NCBI GenBank assembly: GCA_963666055.2
Contig: CAXWPH010000003.1
Span: 96,001-160,000, forward strand
Reading direction: 5' to 3'
From: Acidobacteriota bacterium
GTDB lineage: Bacteria > Acidobacteriota > UBA890 > WLXD01
Length of the DNA: 64,000 nt
Shown: piece by piece, positions 1 to 13,789 of the stretch
How positions within the stretch are numbered: position 1 is the first letter of the stretch
How the letters are laid out: each line of letters begins with the position of its first letter
The notes under the pieces: generated by a model
Seen by the model: only the letters and a program-made list of their open reading frames with translations
Database searches by the model: none
Told to the model about the DNA's origin: nothing
Translations under genes and position numbers: made by a program

Positions 1-1280
1 TAGACGCTTCCGGTGAGGTTGCCCTCGAGGCGCTCGGCGATCTGTACCATCTGCGCAGCGTCGGTCGCCACGACGATGAGGTTGGAGTTGCCGAATGCCT
101 CGGTTTGCAGGCCTTCTGGATTGGCTAGGAACGCCGCGCCGCTAGTACGTAGCAAGGTGTTCTGGAAGCGACAGCCTTGCCCCTCAATAGGCTCGCCGCC
201 GGTGAGTAGCTCGGCGCCGGCCGTTTGAAGGGTGTCGACCGCAGCCACCAGCCCTTGCACCCCTCCGGCACCCAGGAGCGCCCCCACGTCCGAGCCTGCG
301 AAGCGTGCGCGAAGGTCGTCGACAAAGGCCTCGGCGTCGTCGCCGGCCTGCACGACAACCACACCCGGGTTGGTGCAAAACTGGCCCGTACCCAGCAGCG
401 CCGAGCCGACGAACTCCTCGGCAAGGGCCTCGCGGCGCTCGCCTAGCGCGCCCGGCAGCACGAACACCGGGTTGATGCTGGAGAGCTCGAGATAGATCGG
501 CTTGCCGGCGCGGTCGGCGGCTTCCTTCAATACCAGCCCGGCGGCGCGCGAGCCCGTGTAGCCGGTGGCGGCCACCAAAGGATGCGCCACGAGATAGGCG
601 CCGTCATCGTGCGATGTGCGGTAGATCATCTGAACCGTCGCCGCTGGTAGGCCGGTCTCCTGAAGAGCTGGAACCACGGCCTCGGCGAGCAACTGCGTGG
701 TGCGCGGGTGGCTGGAATGACCCTTGGAGATCACCGGGTTGCCGGCAGCGATGGCAGCGGCGAAGTCGCCGCCGCAGGATCCGTTGAAGGCGAGTGGGAA
801 GTTGTTCGGTCCGAACACCGCCACGGGTCCGCCCAAAGGACCGTACATCGATCGAATGTCGCTGGCGGTATCGATCGTCGGCTGTCGCCAGCTTCCACTG
901 CGAGCAGCGGCGGCCGCCTGTCGCAGCTGATCGGTGGTTCGCGGCAACTCCACGTCCGCCAAGCGCGGGGACAACGGCAGCGCCGTCTCGAGGCTGGCGG
1001 CTGCGGTGATCTCGTCTTTGGCGGCGTCGATACGGTGAGCATAGCCATCCAGGAACGCGGCGATGCGCTCCGGCTCGGCATCGGCCAGGGTGCGGGCGGC
1101 GTCTGCGCCTGCGTGTAGCGCCGCGTCAATGTCGGCCCGACTGCTTACCGGGTAGACGTGAGGCAGCGGCTCGCCGGTATCCGGATTGGCGGCCTGGAAC
1201 GTTCCGGTGGCGTCGGCTGGTCGCCACTCTCCGTCTACGAGTATCTTCTCCACGGGCTGCTCCACTGCGATGAGTTCCAT
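1..1280 (-). CDS. NAD(P)-dependent aldehyde dehydrogenase (2,5-dioxovalerate/KGSA dehydrogenase-like); runs off the left edge
   Basis: Missing from the ORF track because there is no stop in the window. Manual translation from ATG at 1280 gives MELIAVEQPVEKILVDGEW...ELPRTTDQLR...VFGPNNFPLAFNG...KGHSSHP...GYTGS...GKPIYLELSSINPV...LEGNLTGSV. Confidence 0.85.
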   Translation of the reverse strand, partial: MELIAVEQPVEKILVDGEWRPADATGTFQAANPDTGEPLPHVYPVSSRADIDAALHAGADAARTLADAEPERIAAFLDGYAHRIDAAKDEITAAASLETALPLSPRLADVELPRTTDQLRQAAAAARSGSWRQPTIDTASDIRSMYGPLGGPVAVFGPNNFPLAFNGSCGGDFAAAIAAGNPVISKGHSSHPRTTQLLAEAVVPALQETGLPAATVQMIYRTSHDDGAYLVAHPLVAATGYTGSRAAGLVLKEAADRAGKPIYLELSSINPVFVLPGALGERREALAEEFVGSALLGTGQFCTNPGVVVVQAGDDAEAFVDDLRARFAGSDVGALLGAGGVQGLVAAVDTLQTAGAELLTGGEPIEGQGCRFQNTLLRTSGAAFLANPEGLQTEAFGNSNLIVVATDAAQMVQIAERLEGNLTGSV

Positions 1281-1618
1281 CGGACGGTGCCGGCGTCTGT
1301 GCCGCGAAAGGCGCCGACAGTTTGGAAGGGCGGCGCGCCACAGAATCTACAACTCGTGGCTCGCACGCGTAGCCGGCCAGCGCGCCGCATGTCGGTGACG
1401 GTGCGCGCACGACGAGTTGCGTTCGCCAGCTCCGTTCGCTACGGGACGCCCAGTTTGCTCGATTTGATCCGCGTGTTCACGGATATAATGGCTCGAGTGC
1501 CGACTCTCCAGCGACGCTACCGGGCTTCCATTACCCGCCCTGGTAGGCGTTTGCTACGATTCCGGAACCGTTCGCGCCGCCGCGTCGACCGCCGTCGATC
1601 CCGGCGTTTCTGATCCCT

Positions 1619-1789
1619 ATGCTCGTTTCCAAGGACGCCCAGATTTATGTTGCTGGCCATCGCGGCCTCGTGGGCACGAGCGTTGTGCGGCACCTCCAAG
1701 AGCGGGGCTTCACCAACATATTGACTGCTACCCGCGACGAGCTGGACCTGCGCGACCAGCGGGCGGTAAACGCGTGGTTCGCGGCTCAC
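1619..1789 (+). pseudogene. fcl: N-terminal fragment (~57 aa) of GDP-L-fucose synthase
   Basis: IYVAGHRGLVG...GFTNILTATRDELDLRDQRAVNAWFAAH is the typical Fcl N-terminus. Similarity stops abruptly at ~1789. Confidence 0.8.
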
Positions 1790-3033
1790 GACACCGTGCT
1801 GCGCTACTCGCCCGAGGAAGCCGAGAAGGTCACCGGCATACCTGCGCCAACGACGCCGGCGCGACGCCGATCTACCTGCCGGGCTACCAGCGCGTCGACG
1901 ACCCCGAGGTGCACGCCAAGTACGAGAAGTCGTGGGGCGTGAAGCTGTCGCCTGAGCCCGGAATGAACCTCAACATCATGATGAAACAGGTGGGCAAGCG
2001 TATCAAAGGCATGTTTGTCATGGGCGAGGACATCGTCCTATCGGAGCCCAACGTCAAGCATCTCGAGGAGGGGCTGAACAACATCGAGTTCCTCGTCTAC
2101 CAGGACATCTTTCTCAACGAGACCGCCCGTTTCGCCGACGTGATCCTCCCCGCCGCGGTGTTTGCCGAGAAGGAGGGGACGTTTACAAACTCGGAACGTC
2201 GAGTGCAACTCGTGCGCAAGGCGGTGGAGCCGCCGGGCATGGCGCGACCCGACTGGGAGATCATCAGAAACCTCGCCAATGCCGCCGGAGCTTCGTGGAA
2301 CTACGAGACCGCCGCCGAGGTCTACGACGAGCTCGCCCGCGACACCCACCAGTTCGCCGGCATCAGCCACGCTCGCATTGACGCTGAGGAGCATCGCGGC
2401 AAGACCGGTATCCAGTGGCCCTGCCCGAATCCGCAACACCCGGGAACGGAGTTCTTGCACGAGGGTGGCGCGTTGCGCGGCAAGGCGCTCTTCGTTGCCG
2501 CCGACTACCGCCCGTCGATGGAGGTCGAAGACGAGGACTACGGGCTGCTGCTGTCAACCGGGCGCACTTTGTACCATTACAACTGCGCTACCCAGACGCG
2601 CCGTGAAACCGGCCTGGACATGAAACAGTCGGACCCGTTCGTCGAGATCCATCGCCGCGACGCCCGCAAGCGCGGCATCGAGCACGGCGATCTCGTCGAG
2701 GTTTCGACGCGCCGCGGCGCCGTCCAGTTGCGCGCCATGGTCTCGCGCCAGGTGCGCCCGGGCTGTATCTGGATGCCGCTGCACTTCGCCGAGGCGCGCG
2801 CCAACCTGCTCACCAACGACGCCGGCGATCCGGTCACCCAGACGGCCGAGTACAAGGTCTGCGCCGCCGAGATCACCAAGCTGGCTTCGGCGACTGAGTC
2901 CGAGCGCGCCGAGCTGTTCCCGGGTACCTACTACGGCATTCAGGGCCCCGGATACCATGTCACCGAGTTCAAGGGCGGTGCCGCTGCGGTCGCCGTTCCC
3001 GTGCTGCACAGTCCTGACCGCGGCCAAGGCTGA
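1790..3033 (+). pseudogene. C-terminal part of a molybdopterin formate dehydrogenase alpha subunit (FdhF-like), 5'-truncated and internally deleted
   Basis: YSPEEAEKVTGIPA (frame of ORF 1619), then ANDAGATPIYLPGYQ...QDIFLNETARFADVILPAAVFAEKEGTFTNSERRVQ...TGRTLYHYN...AEYKVCA (frame of ORF 1774). The N-terminal Fe-S and active-site region is absent. Confidence 0.8.
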
Positions 3034-4674
<1,641 letters not shown>

Positions 4675-4701
4675 CGGAGACTCCCGATCTCAGGACTATC
4701 G

Positions 4702-7671
4702 ATGCGTCAGATCTTTCCTGACCACGAGCGGCGGCCCGGCGACGTGCGGGGTAGCTTTCAGGATCTGATGCAGTGGCGCGTCCGCCGCGTGCTGCTGGTT
4801 TCGAGCCTCTACGACTCGTTCATGTTCGCGGAGGATCGGCTCGCCGACGCTTTGGTGCTCGGCGAGTTCCTGGGGGTCGAGCTTTCTACCCTGCCTGAGA
4901 TCCACCGCGTCTCGACCGGATCGGAGGCGCTCGACGAGGTCAAGCGGCGGCCCAGCTACGACCTTGTGATCAGCTCAACGAGGGTGGGCGAGATGCACGC
5001 CCAGGAACTGGCTCGCGGTCTGCGCGAGGCGGGCATCGAGGTGCCGATCATCATGCTCGCCTACCACGAGCGCGAGCTCAAAGACTTCATCCGCGCTCAT
5101 GGCCTCTCCGATATCGATCGTGCCTTTCTGTTCCAGGGTGACATTCAGTTGTTCCTGGCGATCGTGAAGTGGGCCGAGGACCTGATGAACATCCAGCACG
5201 ACGTCGACACGATGGGCGTCCAGGTGATCCTCGTCATCGAGGACAACATTCGCTACTACTCGTACTTCCTGCCGGTGATCTACACAGCCGTGCTCCAGAA
5301 CACCGCCAGCCTGGTGCCGGACGGCATCAACCTGGCTCATAAGCTGCTGCGCGTGAAGGCGCGCCCCAAGATCGTGCTTGCCAGCGACTACGAGCACGCC
5401 TGGGACTATTTCCAGACCTACGAGGCCAACATCCTCGGGGTCATCTCCGACGTCGATTTCCCCAAGGACGGCGAGCTCTGTGCGGACGCCGGTGTGCAGT
5501 TCGCGCGCGAGGTGCTGCAACGCCACAGCGACGTGCCGGTCGTGCTCGACTCCGGACGGCGCGAGAACGCGGCGCTCGCTGAGGCGACCGGAACGTCGTT
5601 CCTTCACAAGTACTCGCCGACGCTTCTGCAGGAGCTGAGTCGGTTCATGGGACGGAACTTCGGGTTCGGACCCTTCGTCTTCCGCATGCCCGACGGCACC
5701 GAGGTCGCCCGCGCCCGCGACCTCCGACAGCTGGAGCGTGCCCTGCACACCGTGCCGGCCGAGAGCATCTGGAATCACGCCGAGCACAACGACTTCTCCA
5801 CCTGGCTCAAGGCACACACCGAGTTCGACATCGCCTACCGGTTCCGGCCGCTGAAGATCTCGCAGTTCGACGGGGCGGAGTCCCTGCGCCGCTTCGTGAT
5901 TGACGCGATCCGCACCCATCGCGAGGAACGCCGTCGAGGTGCGGTGGCCGATTTCGAGGCTGGCCGCTTCAATCCGGAGCGTAGCTTCGCCCGCATTGGT
6001 GGCGGGGCGCTGGGCGGCAAGGCTCGCGGTCTGGCGTTTGCGCGCCGGTTGTTGAAAGACTTCGGTGAGGATCGCTTCGAGAACGTGCGTCTCGCCGTAC
6101 CGCCGAGCGTCATCATCGGGACCGACGTTTTCGACGAGTTCCTCGACGCCAATGACCTGCGCGATTTCGCTCTGCGTGCCGAGGACGATGACGAGATCGA
6201 GGCGCGCTTCGAATCGGCGCCGTTCCCGCTCCGAATCCAGCGCGACCTGCGTTCGTATCTGGAGCTGGTCCACTACCCGTTGGCGATACGCTCGTCGAGC
6301 TTGCTCGAGGACGCCAAGTATCAGCCGTTCGCCGGTGTCTACCAGACCCTCATGATCGCCAACAATCACGCCGACGTCGACGTGCGGCTGCCGCGGCTGA
6401 TCCGGGCGGTAAAGCGCGTGTACGCTTCGACGTTCGCGCAGCGCGCCAAACGCTACGTGAGCGCCACGACATATCGGCTCGAGGGCGAGAAGATGGCCGT
6501 GATCGTACAACGAGTCGTCGGCGCCCTGCATGGGGAACGCTTCTATCCCGAGCTGGCCGGTGTCGCCCTGTCCCAAAACTTCTATCCGGTCCATCCGGTC
6601 AAGGCGGAGGACGGTCTCGCCGCGGTCGCGCTCGGGCTCGGCGAGGAGGTCGCCAGCGGCGGTATCTGTCTACGGTTCTCGCCACGCCACCCAGATCGCC
6701 TCCTGCAGATGTCCTCTGCCGGAGACGCGCTGCGCAACTCACAGCGTGAGTTCTTTGCCCTGTCTGTCGGCAAGACCGGTCGAGCGCGCCAGGGCGAGAT
6801 CGAACGCTACGACCTGAGCGTGGCCGAGGAAGACGGAACCCTCGCCGTCGTGGGGTCGACGTACTCACCGGAAAACGATGTCATCTATGACAGCTTGTCA
6901 CGCCCCGGCACGCGGCTGGTCACCTTCGCCCCGATCCTCAAGCATGGCCTGTTTCCGCTGGCACCGATCCTGAGCGATCTCCTCGAGCTGGGAACCTACG
7001 GAGCCGGGGGCCCAGTGGAGATCGAGTTTGCCGTCAACCTGTCGACACCGCCCGGTACGCCGAAGCAGTTCGGGTTCCTGCAGTTTCGACCGGTTGTGCC
7101 GGCGCTCGATCCCGGCGGTGCGGACATCAACGGCTACGAGTCCGGCCAGCTGGTCTGTCAGAGTGGCAGCGTTCTGGGATCCGGCAGGTTGGACGATATT
7201 CACGATCTCGTCGTCGTTGATTCCGATGCCTTCGAGCGCAGCCAGAGCCGCGTGGTGGCCGCGCAGATCGCTGCTTTCAACGCGCGGCTGTGCGCCGCCG
7301 AAACGAGCTACGTGCTCGTTGGCGTGGGGCGGTGGGGCTCTGCCGACCCGCTTCTCGGAATCCCCGTATCGTGGGACCAGATCTCGGGAGCGCGCGTCAT
7401 CGTCGAGGCCGGGTTCCGCGATATGGCGGTGAGCCCATCGCAGGGAACGCATTTCTTCCAGAACCTGGTGGCCAACGATGTCGGCTACTTCACGGTTAAT
7501 CCGGAGGCCGGCGAGGGCCTCGTGGACTGGGAGTGGCTACGCGGCTGTCCGGCAAAGGACGAGACCCCCTTCGTGCGCCACGTCCGACTCGACATGCCGG
7601 TTACGGTGCTGATGAATGGCACGCGCCATGAAGGCGTGATTCTGAAGCCAGGGGTGGCCCGGTCCACTTGA
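4702..7671 (+). CDS. Receiver-like domains fused to a PEP/pyruvate-binding (PPDK_N-type) domain
   Basis: VILVIEDNIRYYS and GVISDVDFP (receiver-like); IGGGALGGKARGLAF, PLAIRSSSLLED, FAGVY, MAVIVQ, VEIEFA (PPDK_N-like). Confidence 0.8.
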   Translation: MRQIFPDHERRPGDVRGSFQDLMQWRVRRVLLVSSLYDSFMFAEDRLADALVLGEFLGVELSTLPEIHRVSTGSEALDEVKRRPSYDLVISSTRVGEMHAQELARGLREAGIEVPIIMLAYHERELKDFIRAHGLSDIDRAFLFQGDIQLFLAIVKWAEDLMNIQHDVDTMGVQVILVIEDNIRYYSYFLPVIYTAVLQNTASLVPDGINLAHKLLRVKARPKIVLASDYEHAWDYFQTYEANILGVISDVDFPKDGELCADAGVQFAREVLQRHSDVPVVLDSGRRENAALAEATGTSFLHKYSPTLLQELSRFMGRNFGFGPFVFRMPDGTEVARARDLRQLERALHTVPAESIWNHAEHNDFSTWLKAHTEFDIAYRFRPLKISQFDGAESLRRFVIDAIRTHREERRRGAVADFEAGRFNPERSFARIGGGALGGKARGLAFARRLLKDFGEDRFENVRLAVPPSVIIGTDVFDEFLDANDLRDFALRAEDDDEIEARFESAPFPLRIQRDLRSYLELVHYPLAIRSSSLLEDAKYQPFAGVYQTLMIANNHADVDVRLPRLIRAVKRVYASTFAQRAKRYVSATTYRLEGEKMAVIVQRVVGALHGERFYPELAGVALSQNFYPVHPVKAEDGLAAVALGLGEEVASGGICLRFSPRHPDRLLQMSSAGDALRNSQREFFALSVGKTGRARQGEIERYDLSVAEEDGTLAVVGSTYSPENDVIYDSLSRPGTRLVTFAPILKHGLFPLAPILSDLLELGTYGAGGPVEIEFAVNLSTPPGTPKQFGFLQFRPVVPALDPGGADINGYESGQLVCQSGSVLGSGRLDDIHDLVVVDSDAFERSQSRVVAAQIAAFNARLCAAETSYVLVGVGRWGSADPLLGIPVSWDQISGARVIVEAGFRDMAVSPSQGTHFFQNLVANDVGYFTVNPEAGEGLVDWEWLRGCPAKDETPFVRHVRLDMPVTVLMNGTRHEGVILKPGVARST

Positions 7672-7695
7672 CGGGCGTACTGGCGCGACCGATGA

Positions 7696-9597
<1,902 letters not shown>

Positions 9598-9738
9598 AGC
9601 GCGCTCGCCCCAAAACCGGGGAGTTGTAGCGGGTTCTTGCTCCGCGGCTGTGCATCCAACTACCATGCCGGTCTGCTGTTGCACGATGCCTGCACCAGTC
9701 CCTGTCAGGGTTGCCGCAGGGCACCTGCTGGAGTCGCT

Positions 9739-11583
9739 GTGGAGCTTCCCGAAACTATCGGCCGGTTCGAGATCGAACGCATCCTGGGCCGCGGCGCGAT
9801 GGGCGTCGTCTATCTGGCCAAGGATCCGGTCCTGGACCGCGAGGTCGCCGTCAAGGTTATTCAGCTGCACCCGGGCCTCGACGAGAAGGACGTCAGTGAG
9901 CTCAAGAGTCGCTTCGAGGTAGAAGCTCGCGCTGCCGCGAGGATGTCGCACCCCAACCTGGTGACCATCTTCGATGCCGGCCTGCAGGACGAAAGCCTCT
10001 ATCTGGCGATGGAGTACGTTCGCGGCGAAGGGCTCGACTCGATCATCGCATCCGACCGCCTACTCACCTACAAGGAAACCGCAGACATCCTGCTGCAGCT
10101 CGGCGGCGGGCTCGATCATGCCCACGATCACGGCATTGTCCACCGTGACATCAAGCCGGCGAACATTCTCATCAACCGGCGCGGCCAACCCAAGATCACC
10201 GACTTCGGCGTCGCCCGCGAGGCTACTTCGAACCTCACCACCACCGGGACGATCATTGGCACGCCGGCGTACATGTCGCCCGAGCAGATCACCGGGCACA
10301 AGGTTTCCGGTGCTTCCGATCAGTTCTCCTTGGCAGTCATGCTCTACGAGATGTTGACCGGCAGAAAACCGTTCTTCGGCGCGGGTGCTACCACGATCAT
10401 GTACAAGATCGTGCACGAGGACCCCGAGCAATTGAACGCCGTGCGCAAGACGCTCCCCGCGGGGATCAATGGGGTCGTGATGCATGCGCTGGCCAAGGAG
10501 CCCTCGGATCGTTATCCGAGCTGCTACGAGTTCGCCGAGGCGGTGCGTGATGTTCTGGGTGCGGCGCCGGCGGACGAGGCCGTCATGCTCGGTGCGACCG
10601 CCAAGCGCAAGGCGATGGAGGCCGACAAAAAGAAGAGCAAGGCGGAGGCTCCGTCGGCAGAGGCAGCCACCCAGCTTGCTGCTCCGGGCGCTGTGGTCAG
10701 CGAGGTGGTGGATCAGCCGGCGAATGCGGCGTGGCTGGCGAGCGTCACGGATTTCTTACGGACCACTAACGGCAAGATCGCCGCCGGCGGCGGTGCGGCG
10801 GTGCTGCTCGCGGTGCTGGCGATGGCCATGTTTGCCGGCGGCGGCAGCGAGTCGACCCCGGCCGCCGGGGCTCCGCCGCCGGTAGCGGAGCCGATCGTCG
10901 AGGTAGCGGCACCTGGGCCACTGGCGACCAGCGACCCGAGCGCCGTCGATACGGAGGCCGATCCCGAGGCGGACGAAACCGGCGCGGGTGACCCGGCGGA
11001 TGACGCAGTTGTCAATACGCTACCGGACCCCGAAGAACTGACGGCGGACGCTGATGCACCCCTGGAAGCGGCTCCTATCGAGGTGGCGCCGGCACCGGGA
11101 GGGGTGCTTTCCGAGGCAACGCTATTCGCTCTCGCAGAGGAGCAGCAGGCGACCCGTCGCCGCTACTTCCCGATGCGTGCGGTACCGGCGGCCCGCGTCG
11201 ATCCCGAGTCGACGATACCCGCCGAGTCGGAAGCGCAGCTCGCCCCGGTCGTGGCTCTGCCGCCGGTGGATCCGGTCCAGGTGCGAGGCAACATCGAGGC
11301 TCCTGAGCTGTTGGAGAAATCTGAGCTCGAGCTGCCGGACTGGGCCATCGAGCTGGGCCTGCCGCGGTACGTGCTGCTGGAACTGGTGATCGACCGTGAG
11401 GCACGAATTCGCCAGGTCAAGGTGGTTCGAGCCGTGCACCCCGAGCTCGAACGGCTCGCGATCGAGGCCGTGCGGATGTGGCGGTTCCGTCCCGCGGCTC
11501 GCGACGGGGTGCCGATCGACGTCTTCTTCAATGTGGCGGTAGCGTTCGATGAGCCGGGTGGCGGCGGAGCAGGACGCCCCTGA
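9739..11583 (+). CDS. Hanks-type Ser/Thr kinase with TM helix, acidic/Pro-rich linker and C-terminal TonB_C domain
   Basis: LGRGAMG, VAVK, HRDIKPAN, DFG, GTPAYMSPE; a TM segment; LERLAIEAVRMWRFRPA. GTG at 9739 follows GGAG. Confidence 0.85.
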   Translation: MELPETIGRFEIERILGRGAMGVVYLAKDPVLDREVAVKVIQLHPGLDEKDVSELKSRFEVEARAAARMSHPNLVTIFDAGLQDESLYLAMEYVRGEGLDSIIASDRLLTYKETADILLQLGGGLDHAHDHGIVHRDIKPANILINRRGQPKITDFGVAREATSNLTTTGTIIGTPAYMSPEQITGHKVSGASDQFSLAVMLYEMLTGRKPFFGAGATTIMYKIVHEDPEQLNAVRKTLPAGINGVVMHALAKEPSDRYPSCYEFAEAVRDVLGAAPADEAVMLGATAKRKAMEADKKKSKAEAPSAEAATQLAAPGAVVSEVVDQPANAAWLASVTDFLRTTNGKIAAGGGAAVLLAVLAMAMFAGGGSESTPAAGAPPPVAEPIVEVAAPGPLATSDPSAVDTEADPEADETGAGDPADDAVVNTLPDPEELTADADAPLEAAPIEVAPAPGGVLSEATLFALAEEQQATRRRYFPMRAVPAARVDPESTIPAESEAQLAPVVALPPVDPVQVRGNIEAPELLEKSELELPDWAIELGLPRYVLLELVIDREARIRQVKVVRAVHPELERLAIEAVRMWRFRPAARDGVPIDVFFNVAVAFDEPGGGGAGRP

Positions 11584-11586
11584 CGG

Positions 11587-13096
11587 GTGCGCTACGTCAG
11601 CCTCGTCGATCTCGGCTCCAACAGCGCGCGCCTGGTTGTCTTCGAGCTTGATCCCGGCAAGGGGTTTCGCCTGGTTGACGAGATCCGTGAGGTCGTCCAG
11701 CTGGGCGCCGGGATCGCCCAAAACGGTGAGCTGAGCGACGGCGGCATCGCGCGGGCGCTTGCGGCGGTGCGGACTTTTTCCGACTTTGCCAAAGCTGCGG
11801 CGCTCCCGAACCCACGCGTCATGGCAACGTCTGCGGTGCGCAGCGCCGCTAACCGCGAAGCGCTCCTGCATCCGGTTTCGCGAGATCGGTATCGAGATCG
11901 AGGTGCTCAGCGGTGAGGTCGAAGCGGCGCAAGGGGTCTTGGCGGTGGCCAACAGCTTCGCGCTCAGCGACGCGTGGGTGATCGACCTCGGCGGCGGCAG
12001 CATGCAAGTTTCGCAGATGCGCGACCGGTCCTGCGTCTTTGGGAGCGCTTACCCTTTCGGTGCGATCCGAGCCTCGGAGCAGTTTCTGGGCGAATCGGAC
12101 CCGCCACGCCCGCAGGACATTGAGGCGCTCCGGGACGCCGTCGACCGCGATCTCGGCTCGTTGTTGTTGCGGATGCGCGCTGAACCCCTCCCGGTGATCG
12201 TCATGGGCGGCACGGTGCGCAACCTGGCGCGCGCCATTCAGCGCGCCGAGGGTTATCCGTGGCCGCAGATGCACGGCTATTGCCTCGATGGACGAGCCCT
12301 CGAGATGCTGGTCGCGCGGTTGCGGTCACTGTCGGTTGGCGAGCGTGCAGGGGTGGCCGGGATCAACCCGTACCGTGCTGATTCGGTGCTCGCCGGGGCG
12401 CTGGTGCTTCAGCACGTGTTGTCGCAGGCCGGGCTATCGAGCCTTACCGTCTCCGGCTATGGAATGCGCGAAGGGGCCCTGATGCAGGAGTTCCTTCCGG
12501 CCCCGCACCTGATCGAGGACGTGCGCGCCTTTCACGTAAGCAACCTAGCGTGGTGCTACCCACAGCCCGAGGACCACACCCGTCGGGTGATTGACCTGTC
12601 GCGTCAGCTGTTCGACGCTCTCACCCCGCTGCACGGGTATGGTGGTCCGGAAGCGGAGCTGTTGGCGGCCGCGACCGTGTTGCACGATGTCGGCAAGATC
12701 GTTGGCCACCGCGGCCACGCCAAACACGGAGAGTACCTGGTGGCGGGGGCGACCCTAGGGGGCTTTGATCATCGCGAGCAAGCCCTGCTGGCGTTGCTGG
12801 TGCGCTTTCATGATGCCGGGTACCCCAGCGGCTCGTCCTATCGATCGGTCCTGCGCGACGGCGACCATCGTGTGCTGGCGCAGCTAACCGTTTGCCTGCG
12901 ACTGGCGGAGTGCCTCGACCGCTCCCTAACCGGACGCGTCAAAGGGGTGGGCGCCGTGATCGACGACGAAGAAGTGACGCTCCAGCTGCGGGCTGACAGT
13001 GAGCCTTGGGTCGAGCTCTGGGAGACACGTAGGCAGGCGCCCCTGTTTCTTTCAGCGTACGAGCGCCGGTTGGCGCTCGTCGTGGCGCCCGCCTGA
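11587..13096 (+). pseudogene. ppx: Ppx/GppA exopolyphosphatase with a +1 frameshift at ~11870-11876
   Basis: DLGSNS...ATSAVRSA in ORF 11587 continues as FREIGIEIEVLSGE...DLGGGS...LHDVG (HD) in ORF 11759. Confidence 0.85.
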
Positions 13097-13120
13097 AGGC
13101 CGCTACCGACCGAAGCTGTG

Positions 13121-13618
13121 TCATCGTTTGTGGAGAAGACGCGGCGGCAGAAACCACAGAAGTCGACCGCAGGCGGGCTCGACGCACGACCAGCCATCGG
13201 GTGCGAGCTCGATGCAAGCGACCGCGGCGGTGGGGAAAGTCACCGATGCGGCCCCCAGCAGCAACGACAAGGTGGCCGATAGCCCGGGCTCGTGGGCGAC
13301 CAGCATGACCGTTTCCAGGCGGTCATCGATCCCGCCGATCACGTCGAAGATCGCGGATGGAGGCGCTTCGTAGAGTGCCTCCTCGAGGCGCAGGTCGGCG
13401 CTCCAATCACCTGCCTGGTGGGCGATCTCGGCGGTCATGCGCGCCCGCGCCGCCGTCGAGCAAACGACCTGCTCCGGGGGGCGCCCCGTTTCTGTGATCC
13501 AGCGGCCCATCGCCTTCGCGGCTCTTTGCCCCCGAGCGTTGATCGGTCGCTCGTGGTCGGATCCGAAAGCCGCCCCCCAGTCGGATTTCGCATGCCGCAT
13601 CAAGTACACGGTTCTCAA
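13121..13618 (-). CDS. sixA: SixA-like histidine phosphatase
   Basis: YLMRHAKS, STAARARMT, VMLVAHEP. Confidence 0.85.
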   Translation of the reverse strand: MRTVYLMRHAKSDWGAAFGSDHERPINARGQRAAKAMGRWITETGRPPEQVVCSTAARARMTAEIAHQAGDWSADLRLEEALYEAPPSAIFDVIGGIDDRLETVMLVAHEPGLSATLSLLLGAASVTFPTAAVACIELAPDGWSCVEPACGRLLWFLPPRLLHKR

Positions 13619-13789
13619 GTGCCGGTTCCTGCGTGCCGGTGTGATTTCGCTGGCAGCTCCCTATACTAAAGTCTCTTGCGCCGCCGACTTTGCTGCCCTG
13701 CGCGGCGCTCGCTTCCCACATCCGTGATCGCGGCGCCCTATGCAATCAGAACTGCCCGCCGGTGTCGATGCCGACCAGCTCCGGTCTGT

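Noticed and set aside
1538-1556. ops/JUMPstart element upstream of the fcl fragment (ctggtaggcgttt)
   Set aside because: Only a partial match to GGCGGTAGCGTG; insufficient.
4975-6594. Long antisense/alternate-frame ORFs (e.g. 4975..6594-, 17446..18987+, 26521..27534-, 52105..53160+)
   Set aside because: These are typical high-GC shadow ORFs overlapping well-supported genes.
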